Positions 1 through 7,672 of a stretch of 29,478 nt of DNA are shown here, piece by piece. This DNA is from an uncultured Hyphomicrobiales bacterium (GTDB taxonomy: Bacteria > Pseudomonadota > Alphaproteobacteria > Rhodospirillales > 2-02-FULL-58-16). The translations under genes were made by a program, and so were the position numbers. The stretch lies in NCBI GenBank assembly GCA_964511465.1, contig CAZEFJ010000004.1, positions 1 to 29,478 on the forward strand, read 5' to 3'. The notes under the pieces were generated by a model. It ran no database searches. It was not told the origin of the DNA and was given only the letters and a program-made list of their open reading frames with translations. How positions within the stretch are numbered: position 1 is the first letter of the stretch; each line of letters starts with the position of its first letter.

Positions 1-98
1 CCCGATAGCCGACGATAGCGACACCGATCACGAGGGTGGCATATATGGTCTCCGGTTTCGATGTCCATCTGCCTATCCTTCTCCCAACTGCACGAAGG

Positions 99-1298
99 CT
101 ACCCCGTGCAATACTCCGCCCACTCATCCATCAACGGCTTTCGCTTATCCAGCAAGTCGGTACGCTTATAAGCTTCTTGAACTTTGTTGCCCTGCGTATG
201 AGCCAGGGCCAATTCAGAAACTTCATTGGGGTATTCTGTCTGCTCTGAGGCCCAGACCTTAAACGTGCTCCTGAAGCCATGGGTCGTAATCTTCTTTTTG
301 TATCCCATTAGGTCTAGCACCTTCAGCATTGCATTTTCTGAATGCGGTTTACCTTTTTTGGGGCCGGGGAAAATCAAATCAGATACACTTTGTTCATTAG
401 AGGGACGTTGTTTCGCTTGCCCTTTTAATATCTCAATCGCTTGCGGTGACAACGCCACCCTATGTTTATCACCAGCCTTCATTCTTTTACCGGGTATCGT
501 CCATACTTTGTTGTCGAAGTCTATCTCACCCCAAACCGCAAAGCGGGCGTCATTGGTGCGTGATGCGGTGAGAATGGTGAAGCGCAGCATCGCAGCGGCT
601 GTCGTGGACCGATTGGACAATTCTTTCCAGAACTTTGGCATGTCCGCATAAGGCAATGAATTAAGGTGCTGAACTTTCTTGATCTTGTCCCGGTCGGGCA
701 ATAGGTGAACCAGATTGCCTTTCCAGCGTGCTGGATTTTCACCCTCACGATACCCCCGTACCCTTGCCCAATCTAAGATTGTTTCAATCCGCCCTCGGAC
801 TCGTGAAGCCGTTTCATTCTTAATTCGCCAGATCGGGTCAATCGCCCTGAAGACGCAATCGGCGTCAATCTCACCGACGGGGAGATCGCCGAAAGTGGGG
901 TATGCGTACAATTCAAGAGACCTGCCCCACTTCCAAGTATGGCGGTTATTTTTCCAAGCCGATTTGTGTGCTTCGAGGTACTGCTCAACACAGTCTTTAA
1001 AGCTTATTGATTTTGCCGCCTCTAACTGGGCGGCGACACGTCGCTTCTTTTTTTCCGATATCGGATCGAATCCTTGCGCGCGTAATTTGCGGCATTGCAG
1101 CGCCGCGTCTCGCGCTTCGGCCAAGGCCAGCACTTTGAAAGACCCAAGACCATGATCATGCGATTTGCCATCGCTGAAGTATCGGTAGATCCATGACCGG
1201 CTGCCGGACTTTGATATTTGCAGGTACAGCCCGCCACCGTCATGGAGCATGCCGGGTTTTGTCGTGTTCTTAATTTGAAGTGCTGTAAGTTTGGTCAT
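99..1298 (-). CDS. Tyrosine recombinase/integrase, P4-like, with N-terminal arm-DNA-binding domain
   Basis: 399 aa. N-terminus LHDGGGLYLQISKSGSRSWIYRY is typical of arm-binding domains. Catalytic residues appear intact: R (TASRT), K (RMKAG), HxxR (HGFRST), H (LAH), Y (EAYKRT). Confidence 0.95.
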   Translation of the reverse strand: MTKLTALQIKNTTKPGMLHDGGGLYLQISKSGSRSWIYRYFSDGKSHDHGLGSFKVLALAEARDAALQCRKLRAQGFDPISEKKKRRVAAQLEAAKSISFKDCVEQYLEAHKSAWKNNRHTWKWGRSLELYAYPTFGDLPVGEIDADCVFRAIDPIWRIKNETASRVRGRIETILDWARVRGYREGENPARWKGNLVHLLPDRDKIKKVQHLNSLPYADMPKFWKELSNRSTTAAAMLRFTILTASRTNDARFAVWGEIDFDNKVWTIPGKRMKAGDKHRVALSPQAIEILKGQAKQRPSNEQSVSDLIFPGPKKGKPHSENAMLKVLDLMGYKKKITTHGFRSTFKVWASEQTEYPNEVSELALAHTQGNKVQEAYKRTDLLDKRKPLMDEWAEYCTG

Positions 1299-1333
1299 GG
1301 CAAAGCATCGTAGTTACAAGGCAAAGAAAGTTT

Positions 1334-1369
1334 CTACCCACAAACCTACCCATAAATACACCCAAAAAC
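1334..1369. repeat. Three tandem 12-bp imperfect direct repeats, probable integrase arm-type binding sites
   Basis: CTACCCACAAAC / CTACCCATAAAT / ACACCCAAAAAC, located between the integrase start and the tRNA 3' end. Confidence 0.6.
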
Positions 1370-1410
1370 AGGCGAAATCAAGCGAACTCTGGAGAACTTC
1401 TTCAGAGTTA

Positions 1411-1423
1411 TAACGCATTGATT
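1411..1423 (-). promoter_or_regulatory. IHF binding site consensus in the att region
   Basis: Minus strand reads AATCAATGCGTTA, a perfect match to WATCAANNNNTTR, positioned between the att core (tRNA 3' end) and the arm repeats. Confidence 0.6.
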
Positions 1424-1468
1424 TATCGCTTATTTTGAGTGTTCTGCGAACCCTGGCGAACGGGTAAG

Positions 1469-1545
1469 TGGTGGGCTCGGCAGGACTCGAACCTGCAACC
1501 AGACCGTTATGAGCGGCCGGCTCTAACCAGTTGAGCTACGAGCCC
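1469..1545 (-). tRNA. tRNA with CAT anticodon, most likely tRNA-Ile2 (lysidine-modified, reads AUA)
   Basis: 77 nt: GGGCTCG acceptor stem, D-loop AACTGGTTA, anticodon loop CTCATAA, T-loop GTTCGAG, encoded CCA. It lacks the initiator features (C1 mismatch, three G-C anticodon pairs). Acceptor stem and position after rpoD fit alphaproteobacterial Ile2. The tRNA itself is near certain; Ile2 versus elongator Met is an inference. Confidence 0.9.
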
Positions 1546-1570
1546 TGATAAAGACACTAAAGGGATACCC

Positions 1571-3637
1571 CTAATAATCCAAAAAGCTTCTGAGTTTTCT
1601 TGACCGGCTGGGATGTTTCAGTTTGCGAAGCGCCTTGGCCTCGATCTGGCGTATTCGCTCACGAGTAACCGAAAACTGCTGGCCGACCTCTTCCAGGGTA
1701 TGATCGGTGTTCATCCCGATACCAAAACGCATCCTCAGCACCCTTTCCTCGCGCGCCGTCAGCGAAGACAGCACCCGGGTCGTGGTTTCGCGCAAGTTGC
1801 CATGGATCGCCGCGTCCAGCGGCTGGGCCGCGTTCTTGTCCTCGATAAAGTCGACCAGATGACTGTCTTCCTCGTCGCCTATCGGGGTTTCCAGGCTGAT
1901 CGGCTCCTTGGCGATCTTCAGCACCTTGCGAACCTTTTCCAGCGGCATCGACAGCTTTACCGAAAGCTCTTCTGGGGTCGGCTCGCGACCGATTTCGTGG
2001 AGCATCTGGCGCGATGTGCGAACCAGCTTGTTGATCGTCTCGATCATATGTACCGGAATCCGAATGGTCCGGGCCTGATCGGCAATCGATCTGGTTATCG
2101 TCTGGCGTATCCACCAGGTGGCGTAGGTCGAGAATTTGTAGCCGCGACGATACTCGAACTTATCCACCGCCTTCATCAGACCGATATTGCCTTCCTGAAT
2201 CAAATCCAGAAACTGCAAGCCACGATTGGTGTATTTCTTGGCGATCGAGATGACCAGGCGCAGGTTGGCTTCGATCATTTCCTTCTTTGCCTTGGACGCC
2301 TCGCGCTCACCCTTCTGCACGGTCGCGACTATCCGCCTGAACTCACTGATCGGAAGTCCGGCTTCCTGGGAAATTTCGCCAATGCCATCTCGAATGACCT
2401 TGATTTCGTCAGAGTACTTGCCGGTAAATTCCTTCCAGCCCTTGCCGGTCAGTCGCGACACCCGGCGACGCCAGCCGGTAGCCAGTTCGTTACCCCGGTA
2501 TTGCTCAAGAAAGTCCTCGCGTTTTATCTTGGTATCCAGCGCCATTCGCAGCAGCTTGCCTTCAAGCGAGATAAGCACCCGGTTCAATTCGTATAATTGT
2601 TCGACCAACTGCTCGATACGGGCGTTGTTGAGATGAATATTTTCCATCAGGTCAACAAGTTCGCCACGTAATTTCTTGTAGCGTTTTTCCTGGGCCGGGG
2701 TGACCACGTCATCCTGGGCCATCGCCTCAAGGCGTTGCCCCTGAAGCCGATGAAGTTTCTTGTAAGTGCGGGCGATATCCTCGAAGGTATTGACCACCTC
2801 CGGCGTCAGCTTGGCTTCCAAAGCGGCCAGCGACAAACTGACTTCTTCTTCCGCTTCCTCATCTTCCTCGCGGTCATCCGCAACATTGGATGTATCGTCG
2901 GATGTACCGTCGGACGTATCGTCGGATGTATCATCAGATGTGTTGTCGGATGCATCGTCGTTTACGGGGGGCGCGCCATCACCCGTCGTCCCCTCCGTAT
3001 TGCCCTCCGGGGACTGTTCGCCTTCACCGTTCAGGGCCGCCTCACTGTGGTTCTCTACACTGGACGGGGGGACAACCCCGTGAGTGGCATCAAGGTCGAT
3101 TATATCGCGGAGCAACATCTTGCCGTCGATAAGGGCGTCATGCCAGGCAACAATGGCGCGAATGGTCAGCGGACTTTCACAAATCCCTCCGATCATCATC
3201 TCGCGACCGGCTTCTATGCGTTTGGCAATGGCGATTTCGCCCTCGCGCGAGAGTAGCTCGACACTACCCATTTCACGCAGATACATCCGCACCGGATCAT
3301 CGGTGCGGCCCATCTCGCTTTCATCTACATTGCCTTTGCGTGAAGCGGTATCGGGGGTAGCTTCCTCGCTACTTCCTTCTTCGCTATCCTCGCTCTCGAC
3401 GACATTTATGCCCATCTCCGAGAGCATCGCCATGGCATCCTCGATCTGCTCGGACGATACCTGATCCGGCGGCAAGGCGGTGTTGAGATCGTCATAGGTG
3501 ACAAAGCCCCGCTCCTTGCCCCTGGCAATTAACTTTTTCACGCTGACGACACTGATCCCGGGAGAGTCGATCAAAGGGCCGTCGCTGCCCTCTTCGCCTC
3601 TGCTGCCTGGTTCCGTCGTAGCTGCTTTTGCTGCCAT
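1571..3637 (-). CDS. rpoD: RNA polymerase primary sigma factor RpoD (sigma70)
   Basis: Region 1.1 (GFVTYDDLN), 1.2 ([13 protein letters not shown]), region 2 ([21 protein letters not shown]) and region 4 HTH ([20 protein letters not shown]). Start placed at ATG 3637 (MAAKA); the ORF track starts at 3667. Confidence 0.98.
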   Translation of the reverse strand: MAAKAATTEPGSRGEEGSDGPLIDSPGISVVSVKKLIARGKERGFVTYDDLNTALPPDQVSSEQIEDAMAMLSEMGINVVESEDSEEGSSEEATPDTASRKGNVDESEMGRTDDPVRMYLREMGSVELLSREGEIAIAKRIEAGREMMIGGICESPLTIRAIVAWHDALIDGKMLLRDIIDLDATHGVVPPSSVENHSEAALNGEGEQSPEGNTEGTTGDGAPPVNDDASDNTSDDTSDDTSDGTSDDTSNVADDREEDEEAEEEVSLSLAALEAKLTPEVVNTFEDIARTYKKLHRLQGQRLEAMAQDDVVTPAQEKRYKKLRGELVDLMENIHLNNARIEQLVEQLYELNRVLISLEGKLLRMALDTKIKREDFLEQYRGNELATGWRRRVSRLTGKGWKEFTGKYSDEIKVIRDGIGEISQEAGLPISEFRRIVATVQKGEREASKAKKEMIEANLRLVISIAKKYTNRGLQFLDLIQEGNIGLMKAVDKFEYRRGYKFSTYATWWIRQTITRSIADQARTIRIPVHMIETINKLVRTSRQMLHEIGREPTPEELSVKLSMPLEKVRKVLKIAKEPISLETPIGDEEDSHLVDFIEDKNAAQPLDAAIHGNLRETTTRVLSSLTAREERVLRMRFGIGMNTDHTLEEVGQQFSVTRERIRQIEAKALRKLKHPSRSRKLRSFLDY
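2888..2959 (-). repeat. Six tandem 12-bp units within rpoD encoding [24 protein letters not shown]
   Basis: Plus-strand units: GGATGTATCGTC, GGATGTACCGTC, GGACGTATCGTC, GGATGTATCATC, AGATGTGTTGTC, GGATGCATCGTC. Confidence 0.9.
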
Positions 3638-3871
3638 AAAATTATGCTCCCGGCCCGAAGAAACCACCTGCGAAAGGATAGCCCGTCACCTTCACCCAAG
3701 GCTTGGGACAAAATAACCGCTATGGCGAAGAGCCCTGGCGGACACGAAAAAGACAACAGGGGGCCGTCTGGACTAAACAAAATAGCCGAGGCCGCACCCT
3801 GTCGAAAAAACTACAGCGACTGAAATGGCCACTTTACACCGCCACGTCAAGACTCTCTCGCCGGACCCGGG

Positions 3872-3900
3872 TTTTAAAGCCTCACAGCCGCGCTTGTCAA
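3872..3900 (-). promoter_or_regulatory. Candidate sigma70 promoter for rpoD in the dnaG-rpoD spacer
   Basis: Minus strand TTGACA-N17-TTAAAA. A second CTTGAC at 3846-3851 followed by CCATTT could be another promoter. Motif match only. Confidence 0.35.
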
Positions 3901-3991
3901 GTTTGCGGATATCGCGAAAGCACCAATAATCGACTGGTAACGCACGGCAAATTGCCTGATCCACCCATTTTCACAAAACCCCCGCCGACAT

Positions 3992-5788
3992 TCAGGGCAT
4001 ATCTCCCTTATTCCGGGCCTGCTCCAGTTCGGCGCGTTTTATATCCAGCCTGCGGCGCAAACCCTCGTCGGAAAGATCCTCGGCCTGCATTTTCTTCTCC
4101 ATTTCAATCTCGAAATCCATATTCTGAAGATAATGCAGGTTTTCGTTCCAGGTCGCCACGATATCTTCGTTGGAAGCTTTGGGGCCGATCATCTTGTGGC
4201 GGCGCAACATGACGTTTCGACGAAGTTCGCCAAGTTCACCTTCAAGGCCACTGCCAAGCAATTCTTGGCCAAGGGCTTCGGCTTGTAGATGGGGATTGCC
4301 GGAAAGCACGGAAACCAGCGCCTGGCGCAGAGAATCCAGGGATTTGTCGGCAAACTCCATGCCGCCGAACTGATCTTCCACCTGCTGAAAGAAATGCGGA
4401 TGATTGATGATGATTGAAACCAATGTCTGCTGTGCCACAAGCACCGGATCGACATGCGCCGATATTTGCGCGTTCGCATCAATTTGCATTGACGGTACCC
4501 GCCCGGCCTTTTCATTCCAGCCTTTTCGTTTGGCCCAGATCCGTTCATTGAAATCCCTGGAGAAGTGAGCCCGGACCGTCGAATCGCCGATAGAGAGGGC
4601 GTGTTTTTCCATTCGTTTTTGCAGTGACGCCCGATCCTCCGGCGTTCTTGGCATCCGTCCGCCGGTTTCGATTCGCCACAATACGTCGGATAGCGGCGCA
4701 GCCGCGTTCAGCACCTCCTTCATCGCCCCGACACCGGCCCGCCTGATCAGGCTGTCGGGGTCGTCACCACCGCCCAGAACGGCGAACCTGAGGCCGTATC
4801 CAGGCTTTAGAATGGGCAACGCATGTTCAGCCGCCCGGGCCGCGGCCCGCTGGCCTGCGGCATCGCCATCGAAACACAGCACCGGTTCAGGAACCAGCCG
4901 CCATAATTCCATTATTTGATCTTCGCTGAGCGCCGTTCCCAGCGGTGCCACGGTATTTTCCAGTCCCGCCTGGGCCAGCGCAATAACATCCATATAGCCT
5001 TCGGCGACAATCAGCCGGGAAGTCTTGCGCGCCGCACTCATTGCCGTGGCCAGCCCGTACAAGACCTTGCCCTTGTGGAAAAGGGCGGTTTCGGGAGAAT
5101 TTAAATATTTTGGCTCACCCTGATCCAGGATTCGTCCGCCAAAAGCTATTACCCGGCCCCGCCGATCGGTAATTGGAAATATCAGTCGGCCACGAAAACG
5201 GTCATAGGCGTCCCGGCCGCGATCATCGGGTTTTATAATCAGCCCGGCCGCCGCCAGCAGTTCTTCGGATATTCCATCACGTCCCAGCGAGCCTTTGATC
5301 AGGCCCCTTGAATCAGGGGCATAACCCAAACGAAACCGGGAAATGGATTGCCCGTTTACGCCACGATCTTCAAGGTAGCCGCGGGCCTTGGCCCCATCCG
5401 GGCTTTTCAGCTTTTTTTCGAACAGGGCGCACGCCTGCTCCATTACATCGTACAGAGTTTGACGGCGCAGGTCGCGTTCGCGTTCCTCGGGGCTGTCCTG
5501 GGGAACCTCTATCCCCACGTCTTCGGCCAGCCTCTTTACCGTTTCCGGAAACGACAACCCCTCTGTATTCATAACGAAATCTATCGCGCTGCCATGCGCC
5601 TGACAGCCGAAACAGTGGTAGAATCCTTTTTCCTCGTTGACCGTAAACGAAGGCGTCTTTTCTTTGTGGAAAGGACACAGGCCGGTATGCTCGCGACCCT
5701 TGCGAGTTAGCTTGACTCGTCTGGATATGACATCGGCCAGCCCGACACGGGCCCGCAATTCGTCAAGAAACTGGGGTGAAAAGGCCAT
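3992..5788 (-). CDS. dnaG: DNA primase
   Basis: Zinc finger CPFH...CFGC, PKYLNSPET, TOPRIM motifs EGYMDV and FDGD; lies upstream of rpoD. Confidence 0.98.
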   Translation of the reverse strand: MAFSPQFLDELRARVGLADVISRRVKLTRKGREHTGLCPFHKEKTPSFTVNEEKGFYHCFGCQAHGSAIDFVMNTEGLSFPETVKRLAEDVGIEVPQDSPEERERDLRRQTLYDVMEQACALFEKKLKSPDGAKARGYLEDRGVNGQSISRFRLGYAPDSRGLIKGSLGRDGISEELLAAAGLIIKPDDRGRDAYDRFRGRLIFPITDRRGRVIAFGGRILDQGEPKYLNSPETALFHKGKVLYGLATAMSAARKTSRLIVAEGYMDVIALAQAGLENTVAPLGTALSEDQIMELWRLVPEPVLCFDGDAAGQRAAARAAEHALPILKPGYGLRFAVLGGGDDPDSLIRRAGVGAMKEVLNAAAPLSDVLWRIETGGRMPRTPEDRASLQKRMEKHALSIGDSTVRAHFSRDFNERIWAKRKGWNEKAGRVPSMQIDANAQISAHVDPVLVAQQTLVSIIINHPHFFQQVEDQFGGMEFADKSLDSLRQALVSVLSGNPHLQAEALGQELLGSGLEGELGELRRNVMLRRHKMIGPKASNEDIVATWNENLHYLQNMDFEIEMEKKMQAEDLSDEGLRRRLDIKRAELEQARNKGDMP

Positions 5789-5829
5789 AACTGAAATATA
5801 TCAGCATGAGCCACTTTGGTGCAACGCGC

Positions 5830-6285
5830 TCAGAGAAGATGTTCCTTGACGATCACCCCAACCTTGGAAAAATCCATGCGACCAGCGTAATTTTGCTTCA
5901 GCGCCGCCATGGTTCGCCCCATGTCCTTGAGAGTTTCGGCCTTGAGTTCCTTGATCGTCGCGTCGATGACCCGGCTCATTTCGCCCTCGTCAAGCTGTTC
6001 GGGCAGGAATTTTTCTATGACTTCGATTTCTTCCGCTTCCTGCTGGGCCAGTTCCAGACGCCCGCCTTTTTCGTACAGCTCGATGCTCTCACGGCGCTGC
6101 TTTATCATTGATTGCAACATCGAAAGTATATCGTCATCCGATATGCCTTCCAGATTACCCTTGCCCCTGGCCGCGATATCGCGGTCCTTCAATGCTGCCA
6201 AAATCAGCCGCAGGGTAGCAACCGTGCGCGCCTCCTTGGCCTTCATTGATTTTTTCAAGTCTTCATTCAAACGGCTGCGAAGCAT
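5830..6285 (-). CDS. yqeY: GatB/YqeY domain protein
   Basis: 151 aa with MKAKEARTVATLRLILAALKD, KQRRESIELYEKGGR and KDMGRTM motifs; conserved position upstream of dnaG. Confidence 0.9.
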   Translation of the reverse strand: MLRSRLNEDLKKSMKAKEARTVATLRLILAALKDRDIAARGKGNLEGISDDDILSMLQSMIKQRRESIELYEKGGRLELAQQEAEEIEVIEKFLPEQLDEGEMSRVIDATIKELKAETLKDMGRTMAALKQNYAGRMDFSKVGVIVKEHLL

Positions 6286-6404
6286 AACCCTCCCCTCCCT
6301 GATTTTTGGGAAGCGGAGACACTAGCAAGAAACACCCCCTCAATGCAAACATCATTCACCAATTTAACCTATTGAAAAAGAATAACTTTTTCTAAACTGC
6401 CCCC

Positions 6405-6433
6405 TTGACGACAGGATATATTTTGCTTAATAC
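6405..6433 (+). promoter_or_regulatory. Candidate sigma70 promoter for carAB
   Basis: (C)TTGACG-N17-TAATAC about 45 bp upstream of the carA ATG, in an AT-rich divergent intergenic region. Confidence 0.4.
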
Positions 6434-6478
6434 AACGAAAATTCTCACAGGCTAACGCAAAGCGAGGACATCCAGTCC

Positions 6479-7669
6479 ATGACCGTCCCTACCCCGTCTT
6501 CCGTGGGGCACCCTGTTGGTGGGGGTCGCCCGCCTCACGCCAACGCCGCGCTGGTGTTGGAGGACGGATCGCTTTTTTGGGGTCGTGGCGCCGGAGCCCA
6601 CGGGGTAGCCGTCGGCGAGGTTTGTTTCAACACCTCGATGACCGGATATCAGGAAATTCTTACCGACCCGTCATACGCCGGGCAGATAATAAATTTCACC
6701 TTTCCCCATATCGGCAATGTCGGAACCAACCCGCAGGATACCGAGGCCGACCACCCGGCATTGCGGGGCTGCGTCTTTGGTGCCTCAATCACCGAGCCTG
6801 CCAACTGGCGGGCGAGCCAACATCTAAACACCTGGCTCAAGGATCATGACCTGGTTGCCTTGTGCGGCATCGATACCCGCCGCCTGACCCGTCTGATTCG
6901 CGACAACGGCGCACCGAAGGGGGCGCTTATACATGTCCCGAACGAAGATATCGACATCGATGCGTTGAAATTCATGGCATTTTCCTGGCCCGGACTGGAA
7001 GGCATGGACCTGGCCCGGGAAGTAACCTGCAAAGAGACCTATTCCTGGGGCGGTGAAGCCGGATGGACTATCGAGCAAGGTTACGCCAGCAAGGCCAACG
7101 ATGGCCCGCATGTGGTAGCCGTTGACTTCGGGGCCAAGCGGAACATCCTGCGCTGTCTGGCCGAGGCCGGCTGCCGGATTACCGTAGTTCCGGCGACGGC
7201 ATCGGCAAACGATATTCTTGGACTGGAGCCGGACGGAATTTTTCTCTCCAACGGCCCCGGAGACCCGGCGGCGACGGGAAAATACGCCCTACCCATGCTT
7301 GGGGAAATCATATCCAGCGGCCGCCCGATTTTCGGTATCTGCCTGGGTCATCAGTTGCTTTCCCTGGCCCTTGGCTGCACCACCACCAAGATGCACATGG
7401 GCCACCGCGGCGCCAACCACCCGGTCAAGGATATGGAAACCGGCAAGGTCGAGATCACCAGCCAGAACCACGGCTTTGTGGTCGAGCGCGATAGCCTGCC
7501 CGACGGCGTGATTGAAACCCATAGCTCACTGTTCGACGGCACCCTCGAAGGCCTGCGGGTAGAGGGCAAGCCAATATTCTCGGTCCAGCACCACCCCGAA
7601 GCCTCCCCCGGCCCCCGCGACAGCCACTACCTGTTCGACCGCTTCATCAAGATGATGGGGGAAATCTGA
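6479..7669 (+). CDS. carA: Carbamoyl-phosphate synthase small subunit
   Basis: GEVCFNTSMTGYQEILTDPSYAGQ, LSNGPGDP, catalytic GICLGHQ and HPE motifs. Confidence 0.98.
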   Translation: MTVPTPSSVGHPVGGGRPPHANAALVLEDGSLFWGRGAGAHGVAVGEVCFNTSMTGYQEILTDPSYAGQIINFTFPHIGNVGTNPQDTEADHPALRGCVFGASITEPANWRASQHLNTWLKDHDLVALCGIDTRRLTRLIRDNGAPKGALIHVPNEDIDIDALKFMAFSWPGLEGMDLAREVTCKETYSWGGEAGWTIEQGYASKANDGPHVVAVDFGAKRNILRCLAEAGCRITVVPATASANDILGLEPDGIFLSNGPGDPAATGKYALPMLGEIISSGRPIFGICLGHQLLSLALGCTTTKMHMGHRGANHPVKDMETGKVEITSQNHGFVVERDSLPDGVIETHSSLFDGTLEGLRVEGKPIFSVQHHPEASPGPRDSHYLFDRFIKMMGEI

Positions 7670-7672
7670 GCC

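Larger units (their letters stand above)
1..1468 (-). mobile_element. tRNA-proximal end of an integrative element (genomic island or prophage-like) inserted at the tRNA 3' end; continues beyond the window start
   Basis: A P4-like integrase gene starts 170 bp downstream of the tRNA CCA end, in the same orientation. The spacer holds tandem arm-type repeats and an IHF consensus. The second att copy is not in the window. Confidence 0.8.

Noticed and set aside
1613-2596. 327-aa plus-strand ORF antisense to rpoD
   Set aside because: Shadow ORF expected from codon bias in a GC-rich conserved gene; no recognisable motifs.
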